Shown here: positions 28,891-38,497 of the stretch, piece after piece | Layout of the letters: the number at the start of each line of letters is the position of its first letter | Numbering within the stretch: the stretch's first letter is position 1 | The notes under the pieces: generated by a model | The model's input: only the letters and a program-made list of their open reading frames with translations | Databases searched by the model: none | What the model was told of the DNA's origin: nothing | Translations under genes and position numbers: made by a program | Assembly: GCA_963761125.1 (NCBI GenBank) | Contig: CAVXFV010000004.1 | Location: forward strand, 392,544-456,543 | DNA length: 64,000 nt | Source: Candidatus Latescibacterota bacterium | GTDB taxonomy: Bacteria; Krumholzibacteriota; Krumholzibacteriia; WVZY01; JAKEHA01 | Reading direction: 5' to 3'

Positions 28891-29691
28891 TTACCCGGTA
28901 ACGTGAGCGGCGTAAGCCGCGATGGCGGGCGCCATCGACAGTCGCAGGACGAGTGCCAGCAGGAGCAGCGCGGGACCGAGCCACCACCCGCGGATCGAAC
29001 GCCGGAACGGCCACGCGGTCCCGCCCGCGGCGGTCCCGAGTACGAGTGCCATGCCCGCGAGCCACGCGAGTGTCCAGGGGGGAAGTGCGACGGGTGTTGC
29101 GGTCACCAGATTGGTGGCGTGCGTATATACGACGTGCGCGGAGACCGATGTCTGAGCGGCGACGACCGCGAGTACGACCCAGGCGAGGAATCCGCGCGTC
29201 ACCATGATCCCCGCCGCGAATACCCCCGTCGCGCCCAACATCCAGAAGAATGATGGAATCGCGTCGCCGTGGCCGCCGAGCCACGCCAGGGTCGACGCTG
29301 TGGTGTCCGGCGCCATCGGAACCGAGCGCGTCGCCGGCCCCCCGACCAGACCCAACCCGCAGATCGCACCGATCAGTACCGACAAGAGCCAGCGCAGCCA
29401 TACGGCGTTTCCGTCCAGGGCACGCGTGTCCCCCCGGAATCGATGCCAGGCGAGCGGGAGGATGGCGGCGACCGGAACCATCCACGGAACGCCGAGCCAC
29501 GCGACCACGAACACCGCGGCGCCGGCCCATACAGAGGAATGGGCGACCCGCTCCGCCGCCTCGTCGTGGGCACGCGTGCCCGACGGCGTCATCCCGATGG
29601 TCGATTGCGCCATGGCGACACGATAGCACGGATGGGTGTCACGGGCCACCGCGCTTGTCCCACCGATGACCGGTATGGTATCGTTCGGCAT
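28891..29691 (-). CDS. Integral membrane protein, unknown function
   Basis: About 7 hydrophobic helices rich in Trp, Ala and Gly. Alternative start at 29613 ('MAQSTIG'). No family recognised. Confidence 0.45.
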   Translation of the reverse strand: MPNDTIPVIGGTSAVARDTHPCYRVAMAQSTIGMTPSGTRAHDEAAERVAHSSVWAGAAVFVVAWLGVPWMVPVAAILPLAWHRFRGDTRALDGNAVWLRWLLSVLIGAICGLGLVGGPATRSVPMAPDTTASTLAWLGGHGDAIPSFFWMLGATGVFAAGIMVTRGFLAWVVLAVVAAQTSVSAHVVYTHATNLVTATPVALPPWTLAWLAGMALVLGTAAGGTAWPFRRSIRGWWLGPALLLLALVLRLSMAPAIAAYAAHVTG

Positions 29692-29807
29692 CGACTCTGG
29701 ACCCGTTGGCCGCCGCAGCGTTTCGATCCCACAGCGTGCCCGCGGACGCGGCCGGAATTCCCGGCGCGATTTCCCGTCACCATAGATTATTGAGGAAGGT
29801 ACCTTCG

Positions 29808-30419
29808 ATGAAGCGATGGCTGTGTACGATACTGGTGGTTTGCGCGGTCGGCATGATCGCCGCGGCCGCGATCGCCGGCGACGAAAAGAAAGCGATGCCC
29901 AAGGACATGAAGATGGACGCGGCGACCCAGCAGGCCATGGAGGCCGCGATGGCGCCGGGCCCGAATCAGGAACTGATGAAGAAGCTCACGGGCAATTTCG
30001 ACTATGCACTCAAGATGTGGATGGCGCCCGGGGCGGCTCCGATCGAGTCGAAGGGCAAGCGCACGGGCGAGATGGTCATGGACGGGCGGTATCTGCAGGA
30101 GACGTACACCGGCGACTTCATGGGACAGCCCTTCGAGGGACAGGGCACGCTGGCGTACGACAACTTCCAGAAGAAGTGGGTGTCGACGTGGATCGATAAT
30201 TCCGGCACCGGCATCATGATGTCGACCGGGACCTGCGACGGCAAGGGCACCTGGGAGATGAAGGGCGAGATGCCCGATCCGATGAGCGGGAAGATGGTCA
30301 TGACCCGCGGCGTCACCACGCTCAAGGACGACAACACTATCGTGATGTCCATGTACGCGCCGGGCCCGGACGGCAAGGATATGAAGATGATGGAGATGAC
30401 ACTCACGCGGTCGATGTAG
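29808..30419 (+). CDS. DUF1579-family exported protein
   Basis: Signal 'LCTILVVCAVGMIAAAAIAG'. 'GEMVMDGRYLQETYTGDFMGQPFEGQGTLAYDNFQKKWVSTWIDNSGTG' resembles the DUF1579 core. Confidence 0.65.
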   Translation: MKRWLCTILVVCAVGMIAAAAIAGDEKKAMPKDMKMDAATQQAMEAAMAPGPNQELMKKLTGNFDYALKMWMAPGAAPIESKGKRTGEMVMDGRYLQETYTGDFMGQPFEGQGTLAYDNFQKKWVSTWIDNSGTGIMMSTGTCDGKGTWEMKGEMPDPMSGKMVMTRGVTTLKDDNTIVMSMYAPGPDGKDMKMMEMTLTRSM

Positions 30420-30445
30420 TCCTCGCGCGCGAGAAGTTCGAATGC

Positions 30446-30479
30446 GGGAGCCGTCGCGAACGACGGCTCCCGTTTTTTT
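30446..30479 (+). terminator. Rho-independent terminator
   Basis: GGGAGCCGTCG-cgaa-CGACGGCTCCC followed by GTTTTTTT, 26 nt after the DUF1579 stop. Confidence 0.85.
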
Positions 30480-30486
30480 GTGCGGT

Positions 30487-30960
30487 TCAGCGAATCGCGC
30501 CGGGCCGGCCGACCAGGCGCCGGAGCACGCCGATCTGGCCCACGTGGTAGGACTCGTGAAACACAAGAAACGCGAGCCGCTGCCCGATCGTGCGGTCGCC
30601 GGAGGGCGCGGTCGCGGCGAGCGCGGCGTCGTCCACGGCGTCGAGGGCGGCGCGCACGCGCGCGGCACTGGCATCGAGGTCTTCAATCAACGCGGGGAGC
30701 GGCTTGAGCCCGTCCGTGGGTAACTCGCCCGACGAGCCGCGTCGATACAGCGCGACCTGCTCGTCGGACCAGTAGGGCGGCTGGCCGAGCATCGCGAGCA
30801 TGCCGTTGCGCGACGCGACGATGTGACCCAGAACCCAGTTGATGCAGTTGCCGCCGCCGTCCGGACGCACGAGGCTGTCCTCGTGGGTGATCCCCTCGAT
30901 GTTGACGCCGATGGTTCGCCCGGTCCACTCGAGCTGGTACGCCAGGGTCGGTCCGTCCAC
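30487..30960 (-). CDS. DinB-family (DinB_2) protein
   Basis: Four-helix His-triad pattern: 'WVLGHIVASR', 'FHESYHVGQIGVLRR'. Confidence 0.75.
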   Translation of the reverse strand: MDGPTLAYQLEWTGRTIGVNIEGITHEDSLVRPDGGGNCINWVLGHIVASRNGMLAMLGQPPYWSDEQVALYRRGSSGELPTDGLKPLPALIEDLDASAARVRAALDAVDDAALAATAPSGDRTIGQRLAFLVFHESYHVGQIGVLRRLVGRPGAIR

Positions 30961-30976
30961 GCGCGTTCTCCGACGA

Positions 30977-32743
30977 TCAGGCGGCCGCGTGCGCGCGGCC
31001 GTGCTCCTTGACCAGGTGGGCCGTCGGGATCTTCAGCCCGATCATGTCCCAGGGGAGAATCTCGCCCGTCGACCGCGCGCGCAACGCATACCAGTCGGGG
31101 TCGACGCCGGCGTCGCGGAAGACCTCGTCCCAGCGGCGCATGTCGAAGCACTCCGACCACGCGTCCATGCGCAACCCCGCCGCGCGGGCGCGCAACAGCG
31201 TGTCCGCGAGCCGCCGGTCGCCGCGCGAGAACACGGCCTCGAGATAGCTGATGTCCACGTCATGGAACTTGAGTTGCACCTGCGACGAGCGGTTGCACGA
31301 CTTGATGAAGCGCTGCTTGGCGCGCAGCTCGTCGCGTGTATTCATCGCCTCCCACTGGAAGGGCGTGTGCGGCTTGGGAATGTGCGATGACACCGAGCAG
31401 TTGATCTGCGCGCGGCGGCCGAGCATGGTCTTGCGCAGCGTGCTGGCCGCGTCGGCGAGTTCGACGATACCGCGCAGGTCCTCGTCGCGTTCGGTGGGTG
31501 CGCCGATCAGGAAGTAGAACTTGATCAGCCGGTAACCGGCCTCGAACGCGGCCGCGCACCCCGACATCAGGTCCTCGTTCTTGATGGGCTTGCGAATCAC
31601 CTCGCGCAGCCGGTCGGTCGCCACCTCGGGCGCCATGGTGAGCCCGGCCTTGCGGACCGTGCTGGTCAGCCCCGGAAGCTTCTTCAGGCCGGGGCCGACG
31701 CGAAGCGACGGGAGCGACACGTTGACGCGGCGCTCGCGAAACCGCTCCGAGATCGCCTGCAGCAGCTCGACGATGCCGGGGTAGTCGGCCGTCGAGAGAC
31801 TGGTGAGGCTGATCTCGTCGTAGCCGGTTTCGCGGTACGACGCTTCGGCCAGTTCGAGCACGCGCTCGATGGAGCGCATCTTCAGCGGCCGGTAGTGCTG
31901 GACCGCCTGGCAGAACCGGCACTGGTTGGGACACCCGCGCATGATCTCGATGTTGATGCGGTCGTGTACGACCTCGACGTTGGGAATCACCGGGCGGACC
32001 GGGAAGGGCGCATGCTCCAGGTCCCAGATCGTGGTCTTGGGGATGCTCGCGGGCGCGGGCGGAACGTTCTCGATGCGCGCGAGCGTGCCGTCGGCATGAT
32101 AGTCGACCCGGTACATCGACGGCACGTACATGCCGGGAATCGCGCACAACGCGCGGTGCAATTCGGTGCGCGGCCGTCCGCTGCGGCGCCACGCCTTGAT
32201 CGTGTCGAGCGTGCGGTGGATGACATCTTCGGCGTCGCCGATCAGGATCGCGTCGAAGAACGGCGCCACCGGCTCCATGGCGAGGGTGATCGATCCGCCA
32301 CCCAGGATAACCGGGTCGTTGATGCTGCGGTCCTCGGTCACCGCCGGGATGCGGGCCAGTTCGAGCATGTTGAGCAGGTTGGTGAACCCGAGCTCGTACT
32401 GCATCGAAAAACCGATCACGTCGAAGCGGTCGAGCGGCGTGAACGATTCCAGCGTCACCAGCGGAAGTTCGCGGGCGCGCAGTTCCGCCTCCATGTCGAC
32501 CCAGGGCGCGAACACGCGCTCGGCGCACGCATCCTCGCGGTCGTTGATGATCGAATAGAGGATGCGCAGACCCAGGTGCGACATCCCGATCGCGTAGGTG
32601 TCGGGGAACGCCAGGGCCACCTTGATGTCGACGGACGCGTGGTCTTTGACGACGATGTTGCGCTCGCCACCCGCATACTGGCCGGGCTTGCTGACTCTCG
32701 GCAGGACCTCGTCGAATAGAATCTGTCGAATGGATGCGGCCAT
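30977..32743 (-). CDS. B12-binding-domain radical SAM protein (TIGR03960-like)
   Basis: 'KVALAFPDTYAIGMSHLGLRILY' N-domain. 'IMRGCPNQCRFCQA' CxxxCxxC cluster motif. Confidence 0.85.
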   Translation of the reverse strand: MAASIRQILFDEVLPRVSKPGQYAGGERNIVVKDHASVDIKVALAFPDTYAIGMSHLGLRILYSIINDREDACAERVFAPWVDMEAELRARELPLVTLESFTPLDRFDVIGFSMQYELGFTNLLNMLELARIPAVTEDRSINDPVILGGGSITLAMEPVAPFFDAILIGDAEDVIHRTLDTIKAWRRSGRPRTELHRALCAIPGMYVPSMYRVDYHADGTLARIENVPPAPASIPKTTIWDLEHAPFPVRPVIPNVEVVHDRINIEIMRGCPNQCRFCQAVQHYRPLKMRSIERVLELAEASYRETGYDEISLTSLSTADYPGIVELLQAISERFRERRVNVSLPSLRVGPGLKKLPGLTSTVRKAGLTMAPEVATDRLREVIRKPIKNEDLMSGCAAAFEAGYRLIKFYFLIGAPTERDEDLRGIVELADAASTLRKTMLGRRAQINCSVSSHIPKPHTPFQWEAMNTRDELRAKQRFIKSCNRSSQVQLKFHDVDISYLEAVFSRGDRRLADTLLRARAAGLRMDAWSECFDMRRWDEVFRDAGVDPDWYALRARSTGEILPWDMIGLKIPTAHLVKEHGRAHAAA

Positions 32744-32828
32744 AGTAAACCCCCGGGATTTGGACCCGCTATTGTAACCCGGGGCACCGCCGCTGTCACG
32801 TGGTGTATACTGCGTTGGAAATCACGCC

Positions 32829-33761
32829 ATGCCGGAACTCCCCGAAGTCGAAACCGTGGTTGTCGAACTCGCCCGGGTCCTGCCCGGACGGACGATTTCG
32901 CGCGCCTCGCTGTCCGCGCGCGATCTGTATCGTCGCGGGAGCCGGCCCGTGGGTGCGCTTGCGGGCGCCCGGATCGTGGCCGTGATCCGGCGGGGCAAGG
33001 CGATCCGCATTCGCACCGAACGTGACGGGGACGCGCTCGATCTGGTGGTCCACCTGGGCATGACGGGCCAGTTATCGTGGCGCGACATCGCGGCGGCGGC
33101 CGGATCCGCGGCGCGGCGCACGCGCACGTCTGGCGAGCGCCATCTGCACGCGCGGCTTCACTTCGACGATGGCAGCGACCTCGTGTACATCGATCCGAGA
33201 CGCTTCGGCTACTTCTTCATCGGCGCTCCCGACGCGGTCACGGCGACACTGCCGATCGGACCGGATCCGTTCGACATGCGCGCGCCGGCGCTGGCGCGGG
33301 TGCTCGCGGGACGGCACGCGCCGATCAAGTCGCTGCTGTTGAATCAGCGCATCGTTTCGGGCATGGGGAACATCTACGTGGACGAGGCGCTATTCGTCGC
33401 CGGCATCCACCCGCTGACCGAGGGCGCCATCGCGGCGCCTCACGCCGCGAAGATTCTCTCGTCCGCGCGTCGCATTCTGAACCGCGCGATCCGCTCGGGC
33501 GGGACGACGATTCGCGACTACCGGCGGTCGGACGGGTCGAGCGGCGCGTTCCAGGGGAGGCTGGCGGTGTACGGGCGAGACGGGGAGCCGTGTCTGCGCT
33601 GCGGGACACCCGTCGAACGCATCGTCGTGTCGCAGCGCGGCACGCACTTCTGCCCGCGCTGTCAGCCGCGGGGTATTAGTGCTTCGAACCGAAGACGGTC
33701 CGCGGATCGCTCGCGTCGCGCAGCCCCTCGCCGAGGAGATTATAAGCGGTCACGCAAATGA
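32829..33761 (+). CDS. mutM: Formamidopyrimidine-DNA glycosylase
   Basis: 'MPELPEVETV', H2TH 'VSGMGNIYVDEALF', zinc finger 'CLRCGTPVERIVVSQRGTHFCPRCQ'. About 30 aa basic tail overlaps the convergent permease gene. Confidence 0.9.
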   Translation: MPELPEVETVVVELARVLPGRTISRASLSARDLYRRGSRPVGALAGARIVAVIRRGKAIRIRTERDGDALDLVVHLGMTGQLSWRDIAAAAGSAARRTRTSGERHLHARLHFDDGSDLVYIDPRRFGYFFIGAPDAVTATLPIGPDPFDMRAPALARVLAGRHAPIKSLLLNQRIVSGMGNIYVDEALFVAGIHPLTEGAIAAPHAAKILSSARRILNRAIRSGGTTIRDYRRSDGSSGAFQGRLAVYGRDGEPCLRCGTPVERIVVSQRGTHFCPRCQPRGISASNRRRSADRSRRAAPRRGDYKRSRK

Positions 33762-34752
33762 AGATGGCCAGGCCGGGGAAGGTGATCATCCACCACGCGA
33801 AGTCCTGCTTCTCCGCGCTCGCCAGAATTCCGCCCCAGCTCGGCGTCGGCGGTTGCGTCCCCAGGCCGAGGAAACTCAGCGCCGCTTCGATCAGAATCGC
33901 GTTGGCGACCGCGAACGTCGCGGTCACCAGGACCGGGGCCAGCGAGTTGGGGAGGATGTGGCGGAAGATGATCTTGAGGTCGCTGGCGCCCAGCGCCCGC
34001 GCCGCCTCGGTAAACTCGCGCGACTTGAGGCGCACGAATTCCGCGCGTGTATATCGCGCGAGGTCCGTCCACCGGGTAATGCCGATGATGATCATGATGT
34101 TGTAGATGCTCGGCGGCAGAAACGCGATCACGGCGAGCACGAGAAACAGAAACGGAAAGCAGATAACGATCTCGATGACGCGGGAGAGCAGCACGTCGGC
34201 CACGCCGCCGTAGTAGCCGGCGACCGCACCCACCGACAGACCGATGATCAGCGAGATGCTGACCGCAACGATCCCGACCTTCAGCGAAATGCCCGCCCCG
34301 TGAATCATCCGGGCCATGACATCGCGCCCGAGTTCGTCGGTACCGATCAGGTGCTGCGCGTTCGGTTTCTCGAGCCGATTGTCGAGCGACGTCGCGATCG
34401 GTGAGTAAGGGATGGGTGGCATCACCAGCGCCACGGCCTCGTCGTACTTGACGTCGTCGAAGTCCACGTCCGCGAGTTGCGGGTAGTGCACGAAGTAGCG
34501 GAACGGAATCATTTGGGCAACGGCGGGAAACAGAGTCCGGTCCTGCCAGCGCATGACGATGGGCCGATTGTTCGCGAGCACGGGTGCGAGCCACGACACG
34601 GCGAACAGGGCGGCGACCACGAGCAGGCCCGTCATCCCGAACCGATCGCGCCGCAGGCGTCGCCACGTGAGCCGGGCGAACCCGGGGCCCGGTGGCTGCG
34701 GGGTCGTCGGCTGACCGGGCGCCGGAGTCGGATCGTGCGCCGCGAGCGTCAT
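33676..34752 (-). CDS. Peptide/nickel ABC transporter permease (OppC/DppC-like)
   Basis: Start 'MTLAAHDPTP' (ATGA overlap with the upstream permease). 'HLIGTDELGRDVMARMIHG', EAA-type loop 'SREFTEAARALGASDLKIIFRHILPN'. Confidence 0.85.
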   Translation of the reverse strand: MTLAAHDPTPAPGQPTTPQPPGPGFARLTWRRLRRDRFGMTGLLVVAALFAVSWLAPVLANNRPIVMRWQDRTLFPAVAQMIPFRYFVHYPQLADVDFDDVKYDEAVALVMPPIPYSPIATSLDNRLEKPNAQHLIGTDELGRDVMARMIHGAGISLKVGIVAVSISLIIGLSVGAVAGYYGGVADVLLSRVIEIVICFPFLFLVLAVIAFLPPSIYNIMIIIGITRWTDLARYTRAEFVRLKSREFTEAARALGASDLKIIFRHILPNSLAPVLVTATFAVANAILIEAALSFLGLGTQPPTPSWGGILASAEKQDFAWWMITFPGLAIFICVTAYNLLGEGLRDASDPRTVFGSKH

Positions 34753-35726
34753 CGGTACGTCACCCGCGGATCCGCCCACGCGTACAACAGGTCCGCCAGA
34801 AGCGTGCTCAGCAGGACCAGGACGGCGCTGATGAAGCTCAGCCCCATGACCACCGGGTAGTCGCGCGCGCGGACCGCTTCGAAGAACAGGTTGCCGATTC
34901 CCGGCCACGAAAAGATGTACTCGATGATGACGCTGCCGCTGATCAGCGTGGGCAGCAGGAGGCCGAGCAACGTCACGATCGGGATCATCGTGTTGCGGAA
35001 CACGTGCTGGTAGACGATGCGGTGTTCGTCGAGCCCCTTGGCGCGCGCCGTGCGAATGAAGTCCTGGCGAATCACTTCGAGAGACGACCCCCGGATGAAA
35101 CGCGCGAGGTAGGCGAGCGACCCGTACGTCAGACAGGCGGTGGGAAGGATCATGTGCAGCGTGCGATCCCACCAGTAGTGGAGCAACCCGAAGTGCCGGG
35201 CGTCCATCGACTCCATTCCGTTGAACGGCAGGATCCGGAGCCGCACGCCGAAGAGCAGGATCAGGAGCAGAGCCACCCAGAACTCGGGAAGCGAATAGAT
35301 CAGATAGAGTGCGGTGCCCCCCCACTTGTCGAACGCGGAATTCTGTTTCGCCGCGGAATAGAGCCCGAGCGGAACCGACAGAAACAGGGCGATCGTCAGC
35401 GACGCCAGGTTGAGCGACAAAGTCGCGGGAAGCCGCTCGGCGATCTTCGCGGCCACGGGGCGTCCGTCCTGGAACGAGTCTCCGAAATCAAGCGTGGCGA
35501 GGCGCTTGAGCCACGTGATGTACCGGACTTGAATCGGGTCGTTGAGACCGTAGAGGTCCAGCATCTTCCTGTAGTCTTCCGGAGAAAAGTGCGCCGACAT
35601 CTGGCCACGCGTCGCCAGCTCCGCCGGGTTTCCCGGGGCGAGGTTGATCACGCCGAAGGTGACGATCGTGATACCGATCAGCGTGGGGATGAGAAGCAGC
35701 AGCCGGCGAAGTGTGTAGTGGAGCAT
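34749..35726 (-). CDS. Peptide/nickel ABC transporter permease (OppB/DppB-like)
   Basis: 'MLHYTLRRLLLLIPTLIGITIVTFGVINLAPGNP', 'QDFIRTARAKGLDEHRIVYQHVFRN'. Confidence 0.85.
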   Translation of the reverse strand: MLHYTLRRLLLLIPTLIGITIVTFGVINLAPGNPAELATRGQMSAHFSPEDYRKMLDLYGLNDPIQVRYITWLKRLATLDFGDSFQDGRPVAAKIAERLPATLSLNLASLTIALFLSVPLGLYSAAKQNSAFDKWGGTALYLIYSLPEFWVALLLILLFGVRLRILPFNGMESMDARHFGLLHYWWDRTLHMILPTACLTYGSLAYLARFIRGSSLEVIRQDFIRTARAKGLDEHRIVYQHVFRNTMIPIVTLLGLLLPTLISGSVIIEYIFSWPGIGNLFFEAVRARDYPVVMGLSFISAVLVLLSTLLADLLYAWADPRVTYR

Positions 35727-35730
35727 CGCG

Positions 35731-37404
35731 TCAGGGGCCGGAAGCGACGCTCCCGCCTTCGTCGATCCACCAGTAGTCGGCGCCGGGCCAGAAGTCGTAC
35801 AGACCGTTGAACGACACCACGACGCCGTGAATGCGTTTCGCGATCGGGCGCTTTTCGGGGACGGCGTTGATGAACGTGTACGGCTGGTCCTCGTGGATGA
35901 TTCGGTGCACGCGATGATAGATCGCCGCACGCTTGTCCTGATCGAACTCCACGCGCCCCGCCTCGAGCAGGCTGTCGACAGACGCGTTCTTGTAGGAACC
36001 GTGGTTGAGTCCGTTGGGCGGCGTCATCGACGAATGGAACGTGTCGTAGACGTCGGGGTCGATGTCGAGTGTCCATCCCAGGACGCTCGCGTCGAATTCG
36101 CCCTTATCGATACGGTCGAAGAACGTGGCGCCCTCCACCTGCCGGATATTGACGCGGACGCCGGCCTTTCCGCACTCCTCCTGGAACAACTGCGCCAACT
36201 GGGCCGCAATGTTGCTGCCGTGGACGATGTTGAGTTCGAACTCGAACTTGTGACCGTCCCGGTCGCGGATGCCGTCGCCATCCGAATCCTTCCAGCCCGC
36301 GGCGTCCAGCAATGCCCTGGCCTGAGTCGGATCGAACGGCCAGGGCTTGACGGTCTTGTCGTACGCCCACGAATTCACGTAGAACGGGCCGCTGACCGCG
36401 CGGGCGAAGCCGGAATAGAGTTTGGCGTTGATGCTCTCCCGGTCGAGCAGCATGGTCATGGCGCGTCGAACGCGCGGATCGGAAAACAGCAGCGACCGGC
36501 AGTTCCAGACGATGTAGTTATACTGCGGGATATAATAGTGGTACTTGTTGAACCGGGCGTCGAAATCGGGGCCCACGCACTGTTTCTCCCACTGGATCTG
36601 CGTCACGCGCATCTCGTCGAGATCGCCGGTCTTGAGCATGTTGAGCGCGACGGCGTCGTCTTCGACCACCTTGAAGATGAACCGGTCGAGGTACGCTTTC
36701 TTGCCGTAGTAGCCGTCGTAGCGCTTGAGGCTGATGAACTGGCCCGTTCGCCATTCGTCCAGCATGAACGGACCCGACCCCACCGGGTTGCGATTGGCCG
36801 GATTGGTGAGGAAATCACCCTTGCCGTATACATGCTCGGGGATCGGCCATAACTGCGAAATCGCGAACAGACTGGGCGCAAACGGTTCCTTCCACACGAA
36901 CACCACGGTGTGATCGTCGACCACCTCGAGCCGGTCGAGTTTCTGGAAAAACGCCTGTTTGTTGATCGCGGGAATCTTCGGGTCGCGGATCTTGTCCAGC
37001 GTGAACTTGACGTCCTCGGCCGTGATCGGCGTCCCGTCCTGCCAGTGGATGTCGGTGCGCAGCGTCACGGTAATTCGTCGGTGGTCGCTGCTGACCGCGG
37101 GCAGTTTTGCCGCGAGCACCGGGATGTAGTTGCCGTCCTTGTCGTAGTCGAAGAGAGGATCGTAGATCAGTCGCAGGATGAAATCCTCGTACTGCGTCGT
37201 GTAGAGAACCCAGTTCAATGTCTTGCAGTCCGACTCGAGACGTCGGATGACGGTTCCGCCCGGCCGGGGTTGTCCGGATGCGGTTTCCACGCGGGTCGTG
37301 TCGGCCGTCTGGGTTTTCTGGGCGTTGTCTCCGCGACTGCCGCAACCGCCGAGCGCTATGGCGACGACACCGGCGAAGACGGCATGACGAACGAAACGCA
37401 CCAT
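35731..37404 (-). CDS. ABC transporter substrate-binding lipoprotein, family 5 (OppA/DppA-like)
   Basis: Lipobox 'AIALGGC'. Family-5 SBP-like sequence throughout. Strong SD GAAGGAGGAG upstream of ATG 37404. Confidence 0.85.
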   Translation of the reverse strand: MVRFVRHAVFAGVVAIALGGCGSRGDNAQKTQTADTTRVETASGQPRPGGTVIRRLESDCKTLNWVLYTTQYEDFILRLIYDPLFDYDKDGNYIPVLAAKLPAVSSDHRRITVTLRTDIHWQDGTPITAEDVKFTLDKIRDPKIPAINKQAFFQKLDRLEVVDDHTVVFVWKEPFAPSLFAISQLWPIPEHVYGKGDFLTNPANRNPVGSGPFMLDEWRTGQFISLKRYDGYYGKKAYLDRFIFKVVEDDAVALNMLKTGDLDEMRVTQIQWEKQCVGPDFDARFNKYHYYIPQYNYIVWNCRSLLFSDPRVRRAMTMLLDRESINAKLYSGFARAVSGPFYVNSWAYDKTVKPWPFDPTQARALLDAAGWKDSDGDGIRDRDGHKFEFELNIVHGSNIAAQLAQLFQEECGKAGVRVNIRQVEGATFFDRIDKGEFDASVLGWTLDIDPDVYDTFHSSMTPPNGLNHGSYKNASVDSLLEAGRVEFDQDKRAAIYHRVHRIIHEDQPYTFINAVPEKRPIAKRIHGVVVSFNGLYDFWPGADYWWIDEGGSVASGP

Positions 37405-37617
37405 CGAGACTCCTCCTTCGGCTTCTCCGCGACACGGATGTGTCGGCACGGTCGGCGGGGCGGCGACACGCGGTCGCAGTGTAGCATCGCCCGGCGTTTG
37501 GCGAAAACCACAAAGGCCGTGCGCGCGCGCCGGCGCGTCCTGGTGTGTAACATATTGTCAAATAATGTGTAACGAGGTTGGGCGTGGCCGCGTCCGGGGA
37601 GGAGGTAGAGTCCGTTC

Positions 37618-37646
37618 TTCACGCGGCGATCCGTCTATGTTATACT
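37618..37646 (+). promoter_or_regulatory. sigma70-like promoter candidate (TTCACG-N17-TATACT)
   Basis: Read directly at 37618-37623 and 37641-37646. Would give a leader of about 145 nt before ATG 37797. Confidence 0.3.
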
Positions 37647-37796
37647 ATCCGAACGACTTGAACGCTCGGTGGTTCGATCTGGCGAGCCCGAATCACCGTC
37701 CGCGCGTCATCTTGACGCGCGTCATCGCAGAATCTCCACCCGGTTTGCGGCCTGGCAACGCGGTTTTTTCATCAGCTGGCCTGCGCGGAGGTGCTC

Positions 37797-38474
37797 ATGA
37801 TGGGCACGAAAAAGGGCATCGTGCTCGGTGCGTTGTTTTCGATCGCGGTTCTGACGGGCGTGGCCCGCTCGGAGCCGTCTTACCTCGTGTACCCGAACGT
37901 TTCGACCGTCTTTCAGTACGACACGGGTCGCTACGATCTGGTGACGTCGGGAAATCCGAAGTTCAATTCGCAGTACGCGGTCGCCGGCATGATGTTGTGG
38001 GACCGGACGGCGAATCGGATTCCGATCGAAATTTACCGCGCACCGTTGCTCACCGCATTCGAGCCGTCTCCCGACGGGCTCAATCACTACGTCGTGTCCG
38101 GAAACGATTTCGACGTCATCATCGACGGTTTCAGTTCGTCGCCGCACACGCTGGGGAGTCTGTGTCTGCGATTCTCGCCGGAGCCGTACGATGTGACGGT
38201 GCAGCTGGACGTCAACGGTGACCCCCAGCAGCGCCTCATGTTGCCGATCCCCGCGATGGAAGTCACCACGCCGTTACCCAACGGTTTCTTCTCCGACGTC
38301 GGTGTCTATCACGTCCACTGGGTGGGCGCGAACCGCCTGCAGATCATGGCGTTCTCCGACAAGAATGCGAACGGCGCGTTCGATGGCACGCCGGCATATA
38401 CGATCGTCGCCCATGACATCCCCGTCAGCGTGCAGACGACCACGTGGGGCGGCGTCAAAGCTCTCTATCGATAG
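37797..38474 (+). CDS. Exported protein of unknown function
   Basis: Signal 'IVLGALFSIAVLTGVARS', beta-rich body, ends 'VQTTTWGGVKALYR'. GGAGG lies 6 nt upstream of ATG 37797. Confidence 0.55.
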   Translation: MMGTKKGIVLGALFSIAVLTGVARSEPSYLVYPNVSTVFQYDTGRYDLVTSGNPKFNSQYAVAGMMLWDRTANRIPIEIYRAPLLTAFEPSPDGLNHYVVSGNDFDVIIDGFSSSPHTLGSLCLRFSPEPYDVTVQLDVNGDPQQRLMLPIPAMEVTTPLPNGFFSDVGVYHVHWVGANRLQIMAFSDKNANGAFDGTPAYTIVAHDIPVSVQTTTWGGVKALYR

Positions 38475-38497
38475 GCTGGTTCCGGTTGGACCGGCGA

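Noticed and set aside
33600-33761. The long basic tail of MutM as evidence of another frameshift.
   Set aside because: The zinc finger 'CLRCG..CPRCQ' is complete and in frame, and no alternative frame continues with MutM-like sequence. The tail is more simply a late stop codon.
37660-37700. T-loop-like 'ggtggttcgatctgg' suggesting a tRNA or tmRNA fragment.
   Set aside because: The flanks do not form a T-stem, acceptor stem or anticodon arm. I could not fold a cloverleaf.
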